Of a stretch of DNA of 64,000 bases, positions 25,038 through 35,389 are shown one piece after another; the first letter of the stretch is position 1, and each line of letters starts with the position of its first letter. The position numbers were made by a program, and so were the translations under genes. The DNA lies in NCBI GenBank assembly GCA_964234715.1, contig OZ174275.1. The stretch is one strand, 5' to 3'. The stretch comes from Podarcis melisellensis. Taxonomy: Eukaryota. The notes under the pieces are model-generated. The model was given only the letters and a program-made list of their open reading frames with translations. It was not told the origin of the DNA and made no database searches.

Positions 25038-26267
25038 CCCGTCCATCTGGCTGGGCTTCCCCAGCCACTCTGGGCGGCTTCTAACAAAATATTAAAATAC
25101 AATAATCTATTAAACATTAAAAGCTTCCCTAAACAGGGCTACCTTCAGATGTCTTCTAAAAGTCTGGTCGTTGTTTTTCTCTTTGACATCTGGTGGGAGG
25201 GTGTTCCACAGGGTGGGTGCCACTACCGAGAACGCCCTCTGCCTGGTTCCCTGTAACTTGGCTTCTTGCAGCGAGGGAACTGCCAGAAGGCCCTCGGCAC
25301 TGGACCTCAGTGTCCGGGCAGAACGATGTGGGTGGAGACGCTCCTTCAGGTATACTGGACCGAGGCCATTTAGGGCTTTAAAGGTCAGCACCAACACTTC
25401 GAATTGTGCTCGGAAACGTACTGGGAGCCAGTGTAGGTCTTTCAAGCCCACAGCTCCCACCATACACTCTCTGTTTCCTACACTCAGCCTAAACAGTGTC
25501 CCAACAGGGCAGAAAGCCCCTTTCTATACTCTGAACCAGGAAATAATTAGCATCAGAACTACCTGGCCCTTCAGCCATAGCATGCAAATAAACAAGGTCC
25601 ATAGCAGTGCACACAATGCGCTGCATTCGCACACTGCAACATGGCAAGTAGGAAGTGTTTTGTGCCTCTTGAAAATAATGATCAGTGCATCCCTGTTTGG
25701 GAAACAGTGTGTGAAGTTTGCCGCTGAGGGCAAAGCACAAGGACTCTGGCACAGTAAAATACTGAGGGGTTTTCTTGGCCTGAAGGCTGATGGAAGGCCT
25801 GCAGGCACCTGCTCCTAACCTTCTGTCCAGGCCAGGTTTTCCTACAGCTAGATAGAAGACATCTTTAATGCCCAGATCAGAAGATGGGAGGCCCTTATAT
25901 GACATAACACACTGTGACAGTGAACTGAAGAACTCCATCCTCACAGGCAGGCAAGCATTATGGGCGCGCTCACCTCTATGATACTTCGCAAATCCCGCAC
26001 GTACATGCGTTCCGACTCCACAATCTCCAAGACCACACGCTCCAGGTAGCTTAGTTTGGAATGGGAGACAGCAGAAGAAAGGGAAGGGCTCTTCAGGCCT
26101 CGCCAAGGCCCTGAGGAGGCATTGTTGTTGGCATTGTGCAGCAGTCCGGCCCTCAGTGAGGTAGCATCAGAAGGTGTTTGGGCCACATCACTCCAGTCCT
26201 CCATAATGTGGCTAGCATTGGTCAGGGCTGCAGGCGGGTGGTTCAGAGGGTGCTCTGAAGAGCTCAT
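2355..26267 (-). CDS. PLEKHG3: Pleckstrin homology domain-containing family G member 3 (DH-PH RhoGEF), spliced CDS, 18 coding exons, ~1359 aa from first in-frame ATG
   Basis: Exons joined by GT-AG borders with consistent phases give DH ([45 protein letters not shown]), PH ([38 protein letters not shown]) and C-terminal motifs ([53 protein letters not shown]) that I recall as characteristic of human PLEKHG3. Start codon is inferred. Confidence 0.95.
4732..6187 (-). CDS. PLEKHG3: PLEKHG3 coding exon 17 (large exon)
   Basis: cctag|GTG..AAG G|gtatgt; 1456 nt; contains [62 protein letters not shown]. Confidence 0.95.
6782..6883 (-). CDS. PLEKHG3: PLEKHG3 coding exon 16
   Basis: ttcag|GCC..AAG|gtgagt; 102 nt, phase 0-0; [34 protein letters not shown]. 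Confidence 0.8.
7756..8052 (-). CDS. PLEKHG3: PLEKHG3 coding exon 15 (acidic region)
   Basis: cgtag|CAT..ACG|gtgagg; 297 nt; [44 protein letters not shown]. Confidence 0.87.
8441..8448 (-). CDS. PLEKHG3: PLEKHG3 coding exon 14, 8-nt microexon (G-L-K)
   Basis: ctaat branch point, pyrimidine tract, aatag|GACTAAAG|gtaaga; bridges a phase-1 donor to a phase-0 acceptor giving NRGLKHAGSDG (human recalled as GMKHAGSAG). Confidence 0.7.
9099..9137 (-). CDS. PLEKHG3: PLEKHG3 coding exon 13
   Basis: ttgcag|AA CCA..AGA G|gtgagt; 39 nt; [13 protein letters not shown]. Confidence 0.88.
10140..10460. mobile_element. hAT-like (MER45/Chap-type) non-autonomous element
   Basis: caggg..aatgcagccct left end, tgcggcccc/tgcagcccc subterminal motifs and ggtttcccacccctg right end. 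Confidence 0.5.
11002..11073 (-). CDS. PLEKHG3: PLEKHG3 coding exon 12 (72-nt symmetric, probably cassette)
   Basis: ctaac branch-like motif, ccttag|AG CCT..TCT G|gtgcgg; phase 1-1, no stop; [24 protein letters not shown], ending in the GRRxS motif. Confidence 0.72.
13626..13652. repeat. (CA)n microsatellite
   Basis: Direct reading. Confidence 0.95.
13689..13793 (-). CDS. PLEKHG3: PLEKHG3 coding exon 11
   Basis: tttag|AT CCT..TCA G|gtaaac; 105 nt; [35 protein letters not shown]. Confidence 0.9.
14252..14285 (-). CDS. PLEKHG3: PLEKHG3 coding exon 10
   Basis: ttcag|GCC..TAC T|gtaagt; 34 nt; [11 protein letters not shown]. Confidence 0.92.
14824..14910 (-). CDS. PLEKHG3: PLEKHG3 coding exon 9 (end of PH)
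   Basis: cccag|GCC..AAA|gtaagt; 87 nt; [29 protein letters not shown]. Confidence 0.95.
15399..15491 (-). CDS. PLEKHG3: PLEKHG3 coding exon 8 (PH)
   Basis: ttcag|TGC..CAG|gtgaga; 93 nt; [31 protein letters not shown]. Confidence 0.95.
17199..17381 (-). CDS. PLEKHG3: PLEKHG3 coding exon 7 (PH)
   Basis: tacag|GAG..CCA|gtaagt; 183 nt; [61 protein letters not shown]. Confidence 0.95.
18676..18916. mobile_element. Tc1/mariner-type MITE (241 bp)
   Basis: TA|CAGTGGTACCTCGGTTTA ... TAAACCCAGGTACCACTG|TA. Confidence 0.88.
19902..20033 (-). CDS. PLEKHG3: PLEKHG3 coding exon 6 (end of DH)
   Basis: cctag|GAG..CAG|gtaatt; 132 nt; [44 protein letters not shown]. Confidence 0.95.
21707..21857 (-). CDS. 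PLEKHG3: PLEKHG3 coding exon 5 (DH)
   Basis: tctag|C TCT..CAG|gtaata; 151 nt; [50 protein letters not shown]. Confidence 0.95.
22795..22841 (-). CDS. PLEKHG3: PLEKHG3 coding exon 4 (DH)
   Basis: aacag|AGT..CCT AA|gtgagt; 47 nt; [15 protein letters not shown]. Confidence 0.93.
23123..23192 (-). CDS. PLEKHG3: PLEKHG3 coding exon 3 (DH)
   Basis: ctcag|T GAG..AGG|gtaagg; 70 nt; [23 protein letters not shown]. Confidence 0.93.
24587..24687 (-). CDS. PLEKHG3: PLEKHG3 coding exon 2 (DH)
   Basis: ggcag|AAT..AAC AG|gtgaga; 101 nt; [33 protein letters not shown]. Confidence 0.93.
24981..25447 (-). mobile_element. 5'-truncated L2-clade LINE (ORF2 C-terminus, 3' UTR, TTA-repeat tail)
   Basis: Minus [59 protein letters not shown] is the typical L2 ORF2 C-terminus; simple-repeat tail at 24981-25035. 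Confidence 0.85.
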
Positions 26268-26369
26268 GCCTGAGGCAGCAGAGGTTGGAACCACATCATC
26301 TCTGCCAGGAGACGGGGCAAGCAGGAACCGAGGGAAGTCTGCATGGAGAGAAAGTTTTGTCAGGGAATC
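25974..26369 (-). CDS. PLEKHG3: PLEKHG3 first coding exon (N-terminus and start of DH domain; first in-frame ATG at 26267)
   Basis: Acceptor tttcag|GAT, donor GAG|gtgagc; 396 nt, open throughout; encodes [36 protein letters not shown]. Confidence 0.9.
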
Positions 26370-29300
26370 CTGAAATGTTAAGGTTCATCTTGCACAAATT
26401 ATATCTGACACATAAATTAGAGGGAGTTGCTGGGAACAGCAATTTTAATCAAAGTGAAAACCACCAAGATGAAAGGGCTGCTGTACATAATTGATTTAAA
26501 CATTTTCCAGCTTTCTAATTCAGCTATTTCCTAAATAAAGCATATCTATTAACTAGTGCAAAAACATATTCGTTTGCAACTCAGCAGAGTTTTTGTACTA
26601 ACTAGGAGTATGTTCCAAGGAGACATATAGTTCATGCATCTTATGCTCTATAAATTTTATGTACATTTATGGAAGCAATCGTGAAATTAAGGATTTCTAC
26701 TAGGTTTTCACCATACATATGAAAGGATGATAAACAAGTTATTGAAGACTAAGTGCCCAGAACACTCCACAAGTGAGGTGTTCTCAAGGCGGACCAAGAG
26801 CAGGTCAGCAATAACTCACAAAGCGTCTGTGAGGTTAACTCTTTATTCAAAGAAACAAAACATCTCAGGCCTAGTGGTCACAGCAACTGTTCCCAGCATG
26901 TCTTGCCCCAATGAGGCAGCTGCAAGGACTGAAGGGTCTCTGCTTCTCCACCGCTCTCTAAGGCTCCTCCTATCCTGAGGGTCCTTTGTCTTGTCTCTCT
27001 TTGATCTGCCCTCTTCATTCCTCTGCATGTTCTGGAAGACCAGGAGGGAGGAAAGCTGATCACAGCAGGAAGGGGAGACCTCCTGGCATCTTCAGCAGCC
27101 TGCCTCCACTCTGCCTCTGGGCCTCCCTCCTTTCCAGCCTCCACTTCTGACTCTGACCTGCTCTCTGCCACAGCCTCTTCCTACACATTATACCTTTAAA
27201 GCTTATGTGAAACATATTCATTCCCCCAAAGAATTCTGGGCACTGTCATTTACCCTTCACAGAGTTATCATTCCCAGCAACTCTGAACAAACTACATTGC
27301 CCAGAATTCATTGGAGGGGGGCAGGAATGCACTTTGAGTGTCCTTCAAGGGTATAGCGTAACTCTGCCTGGCTTTCTCCACTAGCTCCAAGCAGGTAGAC
27401 AAGCGAGTGGCAACAAGCCCATGTTCTGTCAGCTACTGTAACTTCCATCTCTATCCAGATTCCTTCTGGCTGCCAGGAGGAAACTTTCCCTGCTCCTAGA
27501 CCCATTTCACAAAGTCCTAGTACCTGAACGAGGGGGCGGGGATCACTTTTTCATCAAGAAAAACCCAACTCCTCACCAAACAGCTTAACAATCTGCGACG
27601 GAAGCCATTCCAGGGTGCTCTTCTCCTCCCAGATCAACATCCCTCACTCGTTTGTCTGCCAGGCTGTCTGCGCTGCTGCGCAGGTGACAAATCTGCCAAG
27701 TGAAGCCGGGAACGGCCTCTGAACCCTGAAGGTGTGGAGGCTGCTGACGTCTTTCTCCCCCCGCCCCCCCAAACACTCCTACATGTGAGCACCACGCCCA
27801 GAACAAAATCTGGCTCCTCATTTCCCACTGAGGACTTCGGCTGAGACACACACACTTCCTCCCACACAAACAAGAGAGGGAGTAAAGAGGACACAGCTGG
27901 TCTGGCTTGGAAGTGTCCGGAAACACTTTCGTGTGCTGGCAAGCCGCTAAAATAGCCGCTAAAGTCATGGATTTCCCCATCCCTCAAAGTGTCCTAGGAG
28001 CATGGGTTATTATGGTGTTATAAAGCCATTCATCCCAAGGGATTTCACCAAATTTGACACTGAGTGACTCTGAAATCAGGAACCTCATAGGGACTTTCTG
28101 AAGACTGACAACAATAAAAAATGCCTCTAAAAGGTAACTGCATACTTCTGTATTGTGTACTACTCAAACTTATTTACTCAAATATATGGCACACATAGTA
28201 TGCTTGTTATGTTTGCCACTAAATGTCACACACACACAAGAATGGGGTGATCTTTTAAATCTCAGTTTCTAATTCTTTTGAAAAGGCTTCTCTTTTGGAT
28301 TTTTAAAAAATAAAACCAAAATTAAAAGCAGTTTTAAAAAAACATACTGGGGGTCCAACTACAAAAAAGTGGGTTCATTGCAAAAACCATGAGAGCTGGA
28401 TGTCCACACTGCTATTAGACACCACGACAACAATGCCATGAACACTTTCAACAATTCCTTAACTCTTAACACACCCTTGAGTTCCCATGATTTCACGGTG
28501 GACCTATTTGCCTCTGACACTGGGCACCCATTGTATGCACCAACATATTACCCATCATCTCCCAAGCTCATCACTGACAGGCAACACACCTTCTACCTTC
28601 AATTAAGGGTTCCTTGTGTAGAGGAACCCACTGGAATGTGGTGACATAAGACCAACATGCTCATTTGATTCTGCACTAGAGGCAACAAGCTTTCCTCAAC
28701 AAAAAAATCCAAGGCCTCTCCTTTTATGACTTGGAAGACATGAGCCTTTGCTCATATCATAGGGTAAGGCTGGGCCCTGTGGTTAACAGCTGCAGAGATT
28801 CTATCCCAGAAGGGTAGGCAGAAGCCCTGAGACTGGATGCAAAAGGGATGGATGCTGCCGTGAAAGGCAGACCAGGGAGAAACAAAGAAAAGGAAGTGTT
28901 TCTGGCCAAGTGTCTGGGAACCTGCTTGGCCTGAGTCTCCCTGCTAAAGTGCTGTTTATTTAAGAACCACTTAACCTGACAGCAGTTTGCAAACTAGCTG
29001 GAGGAGCTCATATGACTGACTAAACAGAAAATGTGCACAACGTTATAGGAAAGCCCACGTTCTGAAGGACCAATGCCTATAGTGTCTATTACTTTTCAGA
29101 GCAGGGCAATCCAAAAGTGGGAGCCTCAAGAGAAGTGTTAGCCTTTCTCCAGGACACATATGGGGACTGGAGCACATGGCTGTTTGCACAATGTGCCCTT
29201 TCCCCATAATTCCGCTCCCTAAGGTTCCCCTTTATGAGCTCTAAGTGTACACAACCAGGCAAATATAGCCCCACCTTGCATGGTCTATCACCAGAATCAT

Positions 29301-31062
29301 GGTCTCCCTGTGTGGAATTTATACATCTGCGGTGGTGTGCTAAGACTGAGAGCTGAGATACCACGAATAAGCGTAGAACATGGTATTTTGTGGTGGGAGG
29401 AGTCAATATGGGGAAAGCCATTTCCCCTCCTCCCACTGAACTCAATGAGAAGGGAATTTCTTGAGCTAGGTCTGGAGCCAGTGTAAAGTTACACCATTAA
29501 TGGGAGTGTGGGTGTGGCCTGTAGGACTGCATAATATGGCATAATTGTGCTCCTTTGCTGCTCCTCTGTCCTGCCCATGGCTTCACCCAATTTTGGCCAT
29601 TCTGAGAGCATGTTCATGGGCAGAATACTTCAGATAGGCCAGTGAAATGGTCTGCCAGTATATATTGAGTTCCACTAGCATAGTGGGGCTTCTGCCAATG
29701 CTAAAGCCCCATAGCCAGCATTACTCAACAATAGGATTGCTCAGTTAGTCCCAATTTCTGCTAGGGTATTTACTTCCAATGAAGTATGCACTGGATTGTG
29801 GGCTAAAATCAAAGGCATCAAAAACCTTCCTATAAGGAATGTATGGTTTTCTAAACTAACAAACTCAAGGGGGAGTGGGAAAGGGTGGGATAATAAGAGT
29901 TCCATAAAATATGAGTGGGAACGCAACACAAAGACAAATGTTTCTCACACTCTTGTAATGCCAGAACTTGGAACACCCCTGAAGATGATTGACAGTAGGT
30001 TCAAGACTGTATGTACTGTCTGAAGAAGTAACTTATGGAACCCTGAGGTACGAACTTTTACCTCAGGTGACTTTTTTGAAGGACCGGAGAAATTCAGAAA
30101 GAATAAATCAGAAGCCATTAGCTAAGGCAGTAACTCTCCCAAAGCCAGATGCTGCAGACAAACTTCCCCCTTATTAATTTTCAGAGGCATTTGATGAAGA
30201 GAGCTGATAGAAACAGAAAGCTGAACTTGCAAGACCTTGACTTTTATCTAGCAAAAACATTTGCATCTTTATTTTCAATTTTGCTGAGATAAAGCTTACA
30301 GATTTTTTAAAAAAGAAAGTCCAGGTAAGGAAAGAAGTTTGTAAACATTGCTTTGACCAAAGGTCTTGTTTCCAGGAATTCTGTAGATACTTTGCAGAGT
30401 AACTCAATAACATTTACTGAATAGGTTGGACACTGCTGACTGGAAAAGTAAAATCATACCTCATTCCTCATTTGAAATATGTCTAAAGAAATCTCAGGTT
30501 AGTCTTACTTAACTACACCTAAGCAGAGCAAAATTCTCATCTTTAAAGTCAAATTGTATCTGATTGTTCAAAGAACAATCTTAGAACATAGAATACATCC
30601 AACTGATTTATACTCCTAGCTAAAATTGTATGATAGTAGCAGTTTTATCTTGAAACCCTTTCCTCACAGTCCTCAACAGTGAATCCACCTTTTTCACTCC
30701 CGCCACATACTGAGAACATTTTTGTTGAGCTGTGCTCCACGACTCCAAAATCTCTTTTCGGGTCAGGAACCATAAGCTCATAGCCCATATGTGAAGTTAG
30801 GATTCCCCCCCCCCCCCAATTCAAATCACTTTACACTTGCTTAAACTGAATCGCAGTTGTAATTTTAATGCCCATTCAGCTAGTTTGGATATACCCTTTT
30901 GGATCTCACAATCCCTTGTTATACCACACTGAACAATTTGGTTTCCTCAGCAAATTTGGCCACCACACTGCTCACTCCAAACTCCAAGTCACTTATGAGC
31001 AAGTTGCAAAGCACAGGAGCCAATATCAATCCCATTGTTTTATCATTGTTATTGATATGTAT

Positions 31063-31087
31063 ACACACACACACACACACACACACA
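31063..31087. repeat. (CA)n microsatellite
   Basis: Direct reading. Confidence 0.95.
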
Positions 31088-31299
31088 CCATACAGTACAA
31101 CCTAACCAGGGATGGCAGGGACTATAAACAAATTTTCTCAGTTGATACAAAATCACAATAGAGAGACACAATAATATATCAATCAATCAATCAATCAATC
31201 AAACCTTTATTGCATTAGCATACAGCCATAGCAAGATAAGACAAAAATGCTAGAGACAAGCAACCAAACAAAATTCAAAGCGATATTACTGGCATACAT

Positions 31300-31367
31300 T
31301 ACTGTATGTAGGAATATGTGAATGTTTTAATAATATATAAAACATTCACATATTCCTACATACAGTA
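31300..31367. repeat. Perfect 30-bp inverted repeat with 8-nt loop
   Basis: TACTGTATGTAGGAATATGTGAATGTTTTA (31300-31329) and its exact reverse complement (31338-31367). Confidence 0.95.
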
Positions 31368-34300
31368 TGCCATATTTTAGGTGTTGGTATAGATACAATG
31401 TCCTGAAGGCTACAGTATTTGTAGCAGTGTAAGAAATGAACTCTCCTCACCCAGGATGGAAATGTTCTGACATTTTTGATCCCTTGGAAACATTCCAATT
31501 ATGCACTATTTCTCCCACTATCTCAAGGTTCCATACATTTTTATGCCACAGGGAAATATGTAATCCTTGCAATGTCTTCTACTTTTGTGCAAATAGATAT
31601 CCTGGCTGCTGCCAACAACCACAGTTTTGTTCTTGTTGTGTCTGATTATCCCATACATTGAAAAGTGAAAGTTGCGGAGTTATTTGAACAGGAGTCCTAC
31701 AAACAGAAGAAATTCCCAGATGCACCTCAGACCAAATGTTCTGTACAAGAGGACACTCCCACCATAAACACAAAAACAACAACCCTTGTGCCTCCACAGC
31801 CACACCAACAACATGATGTAATTTGTGAAGTTATATATGAAAGATGAAACAACATGCGACAACATCTTTAGATGTTCAACAAACATTCCTGCGTATAAGC
31901 CAATATAGTTCATAGGTCCATAATTTCTTCCACTTAGTTTCTGATATAACCATCCCCATATCCATGTCCCATAGTGTCTTAGTCCTATAAGGGATCTAGT
32001 AGACAGATCTAACAATTTCCTGTATATTGCAAATACAAGCCCTTTCCCTAAAACACCCTCAGTTTTCACCCCAAGGTTTCAAATTTACCGTAGTAAGATT
32101 ACTATTAGGTGTTGCTAGTAGGTGCTTAAGTTGAAGTGTTTAAAAACATTGTGAGAACTTCTTTTTTTCCTACTCTCTGCTTCCGTTTCCTTAGCCAATT
32201 ACTGATCCATAAGAGGACCTTATCCTTTTATTCCCATGACAGCCAATCATGCTCAGGAATCCTTGGTGAGGGAATTTATCAAACCTTGTTGAAAGTCTAA
32301 GTACATAGTTCACTCCTCACGATAAGCTACTGAACACCATTCAAATCTAACTTACAAGTTCTCACGAACTGGAGATGCACTAGTCTAAATCATCTATCCT
32401 TTATCCACATGCATTTTAAGCAAGAACGTGCCCATGACCTTAAATTTACCAGTCTCATTTTCATCTAATTCTGTTGCCTTTTGCTTAGGAGGTTCAGAGC
32501 CAGACAAAAGCCACAGTGCCACCCAGTGGATAGGACACTATGTGAGATTAAGCAGTCACCCCCACCAAGCCACACTCAAAACTTCCGATTAGTGAATCGA
32601 GAAGTCCAACCCACTATTTTGTTTTCAAGTGGCTAGGAATTATGCAAGAAGCAATTCTTCCTGTTGATTGACTATATCGTTTTTTGTAGTTACTGATCAT
32701 ACAACCAACCTGTTGAGCCCAAAGATCATGACGTCTGACACAGTATTGCTAGGAGCAGAGTGTGCAGACAATCTCACAGTGAGTACATGTTCTCATATCA
32801 GTTGTGGCCACAGTGAAGGCTGCAGCATTGTCATCTATTTAGAAGAAGCAGGATATGCTCCTTTACTCACTGTGGTATCAAAGTCCAATATATCAATAAC
32901 AAATCTAACAGCACTTTTTATGCCTCTCAGTTCAAAGGTCTACCTCATTATAACAGCCAGCATTATAGCAGATAGCAAGCCAGGTCACACCTCAGATTGG
33001 GTACACAGGGTGTGAAACTTCCCTTTCTTACACTTCCAACAATCCTCATTTGGAGTAAAGAGGGATTTTCAGAAACAACCAGGAATATCTCTTCTTCTTC
33101 AGTATCTAGATAAATACTTAATCCAGGAAGTTGCATAGGGTTGTAAAACTGTGTTATCTAGTTTTCATTGCTACTGATGTCACCTACATTATCAGAATGT
33201 GAAACTTAAATTAAGTCGGATCTAGGATGTAAGGACTTCTGCAAGAATGTGTAAGACTCCACTGTAATACTACACCTATCCATGGATGTTAGGCAGAAAA
33301 GTTTCCATTGTGGCAAATGTCCCACTCTATTTTTTTTTCAGTGAAACATTTTCCATTTCTAAAACTGCATTGTTTCATAACATTACTAATATAGTTAATG
33401 GATATAGTACCAGTCAAATGAGGCACATTCAAAGGGGTAATTAACTTTCTTTTCCAAGTGACGACCCCTAGGAAAAATGTGTGTGTGTTTTGTTTCCAGA
33501 CTTCCTGCCAGCAGAGTTCAGCTCACAAGATGTTTCTGCTGAAGGGTGGGGAGAGAATTTTGCTAATTCCCCCTTCCCCAAGCCAGGACCCTCCAGACCA
33601 GTTTGGGAGATGACACTGGGGGTTGTGCAGGGAAGGGAGTGAATTGGGGGGGGGGGAACCCTTCCCCCACCCTGCCACCCCACAGGATCCCAGCCTCTGT
33701 AGGATCCCAGAAGGGCAACCCAGCAAATAAAGATGCACAGCTCTTTGAATGTGCTAAGATTAGTATGTTAGCAGCTCTCAGTGCTTAAACTTTTTCCTTA
33801 AAGCTTAAACCATGTAAGTATATACACTATTGAGTTGCTGTATCTTAAACATATGTGTTTAGTAAAAAAAATTAAATATTCTAATAAAAATAATTTCCAA
33901 GTACATCCTTGCATTAGTTTTAATTCATCTGAACCTCATTTCTGGCAGCAATCCTATGCACACTTAGCCTGGCAGTGTGCCCCCTTGAATACTAGGGGAC
34001 CTATTTCTGAGCAAACATACACAAGATTCCACTGCTAAGTGTCCTTCAGTTATATTTTTCCTAATCAAAACATTACAGTTCAAATACTTTTAGCTACTGG
34101 TAAAATCTGCTGAGATGTTTGTAGGCATGTAAATAAACATAGCACACATTTAGTAAACCAAACTTTAAAAAGAAGCCAAATACACTTTCTAAATCAATCA
34201 ATTTAGCGCATCTGAAAATTATCCAGAAAACTGCCTACTTTTTTAAAAAAAAACCCACATCACTGTGCATGACTTTCATTTTGTCAATCAGGCAGGAATC

Positions 34301-35329
34301 TGAATTTATGGAGTCAGATGGGATTTCTAATCTACCCTTATTTCATATACTGAAGCTAGAACTTCTGTGCCCAAAGATTCCTAATAAGCTAGCCAATACA
34401 ATAGGATAAAAGTAAGGTTTAGGATCATCGCAAGGATAACAGTAACGTAAAATCCAAATAATATCAAGTACCTATTGTAAAGCACTGCAATGGCTAACTG
34501 TGCATTTTAACTTAAGCAGGAAATGGGAAGGTAGGTTTCAGGAAAACAGTATGAAAGAAAGGGACTAACCACAATATTGTGGATGGGGGGCAGGATGTGT
34601 ACAGAGCTCAGCTGTCCAGGGTTCAGTATTGACTCACAGGAAGAACAGCTAATAATGACTGAAACAATATGGAATGTACCTGGAGGCCTCTCTTCTGAGA
34701 ACTGCACCTGCCGCACCTTATTTTACATGTGGACATGGAACTCTTCCCCTGAATTCCAGTCAGCAGTGAAGCCATAATTTTCGTTAGCATGAAAGCGGCC
34801 ATAGACTTGGAAGATAAAGGGCAGCAGACACTGGGGGGGGGGGGAGTGTTTCATAAGAAACTTTTGAAACCGGTTCTGCCAGCATGTCAGATTCTCCACA
34901 TTTCTCCAGCGCTAAGAAGATGGGATCAGGATCAAAGACCAAAATTTGCCAGTGAGCCAAAGGATTCTATGTTGCTTAGTTATTTGCTTCAGTTGGATAT
35001 CTATTGTGATGAAGAGTGGAATCCTTTGGCTTCAACGTTCCCCAGAATATTTGCAAATGGAGGCAAAGATTTTCGAAAAGAAAAACTTTGGGACTCTCAT
35101 TCAAAGAGAGCCCTGTCTGTAATGGGACCAGAAGTGTTCAGTCACTGCCTGCCAGCCACCTGAGGACTGTTTCATGCATGTAACAAGGGGCAAATCCAGG
35201 CTGACACCCAACAGGTAACTGCAGCCCATCCCCAGCACGTGCACCTCTTTCTTAAAATATATTTATAAGTTGTTTATAAGCTTTGCATTGTAGACAATTT
35301 TTTAAAAAAGAATGAATTACTATACATAA

Positions 35330-35389
35330 AAAGGTAAAGGTACCCCTGACCATTAGATCCAGTCGCGGACGACTCTGGGGTTGCGGCGC
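35330..35389 (-). mobile_element. Sauria SINE 3' fragment
   Basis: aaaggtaaaggtacccctgaccatt..tccagtcgcggacgactctggggttgcggcg matches the tail end of the 50558 copy; possible TSD CATAA. Confidence 0.8.

Larger units (their letters stand above)
30640..32330 (-). mobile_element. CR1 RT-region fragment split by a second LINE fragment (~31170-32100, TTGA-repeat tail)
   Basis: CR1-like RT sequence at 30640-31030 (gtttcctcagcaaatttggccacc, degenerate KFADD on minus) resumes at 32160-32330; intervening segment begins with (ATCA)n and tttattg, a reverse LINE tail; borders approximate. Confidence 0.55.

Noticed and set aside
25171-26106. 215-aa (+) and 205-aa (-) ORFs
   Set aside because: Antisense of the L2 fragment and an off-frame read-through from a PLEKHG3 exon into its intron.
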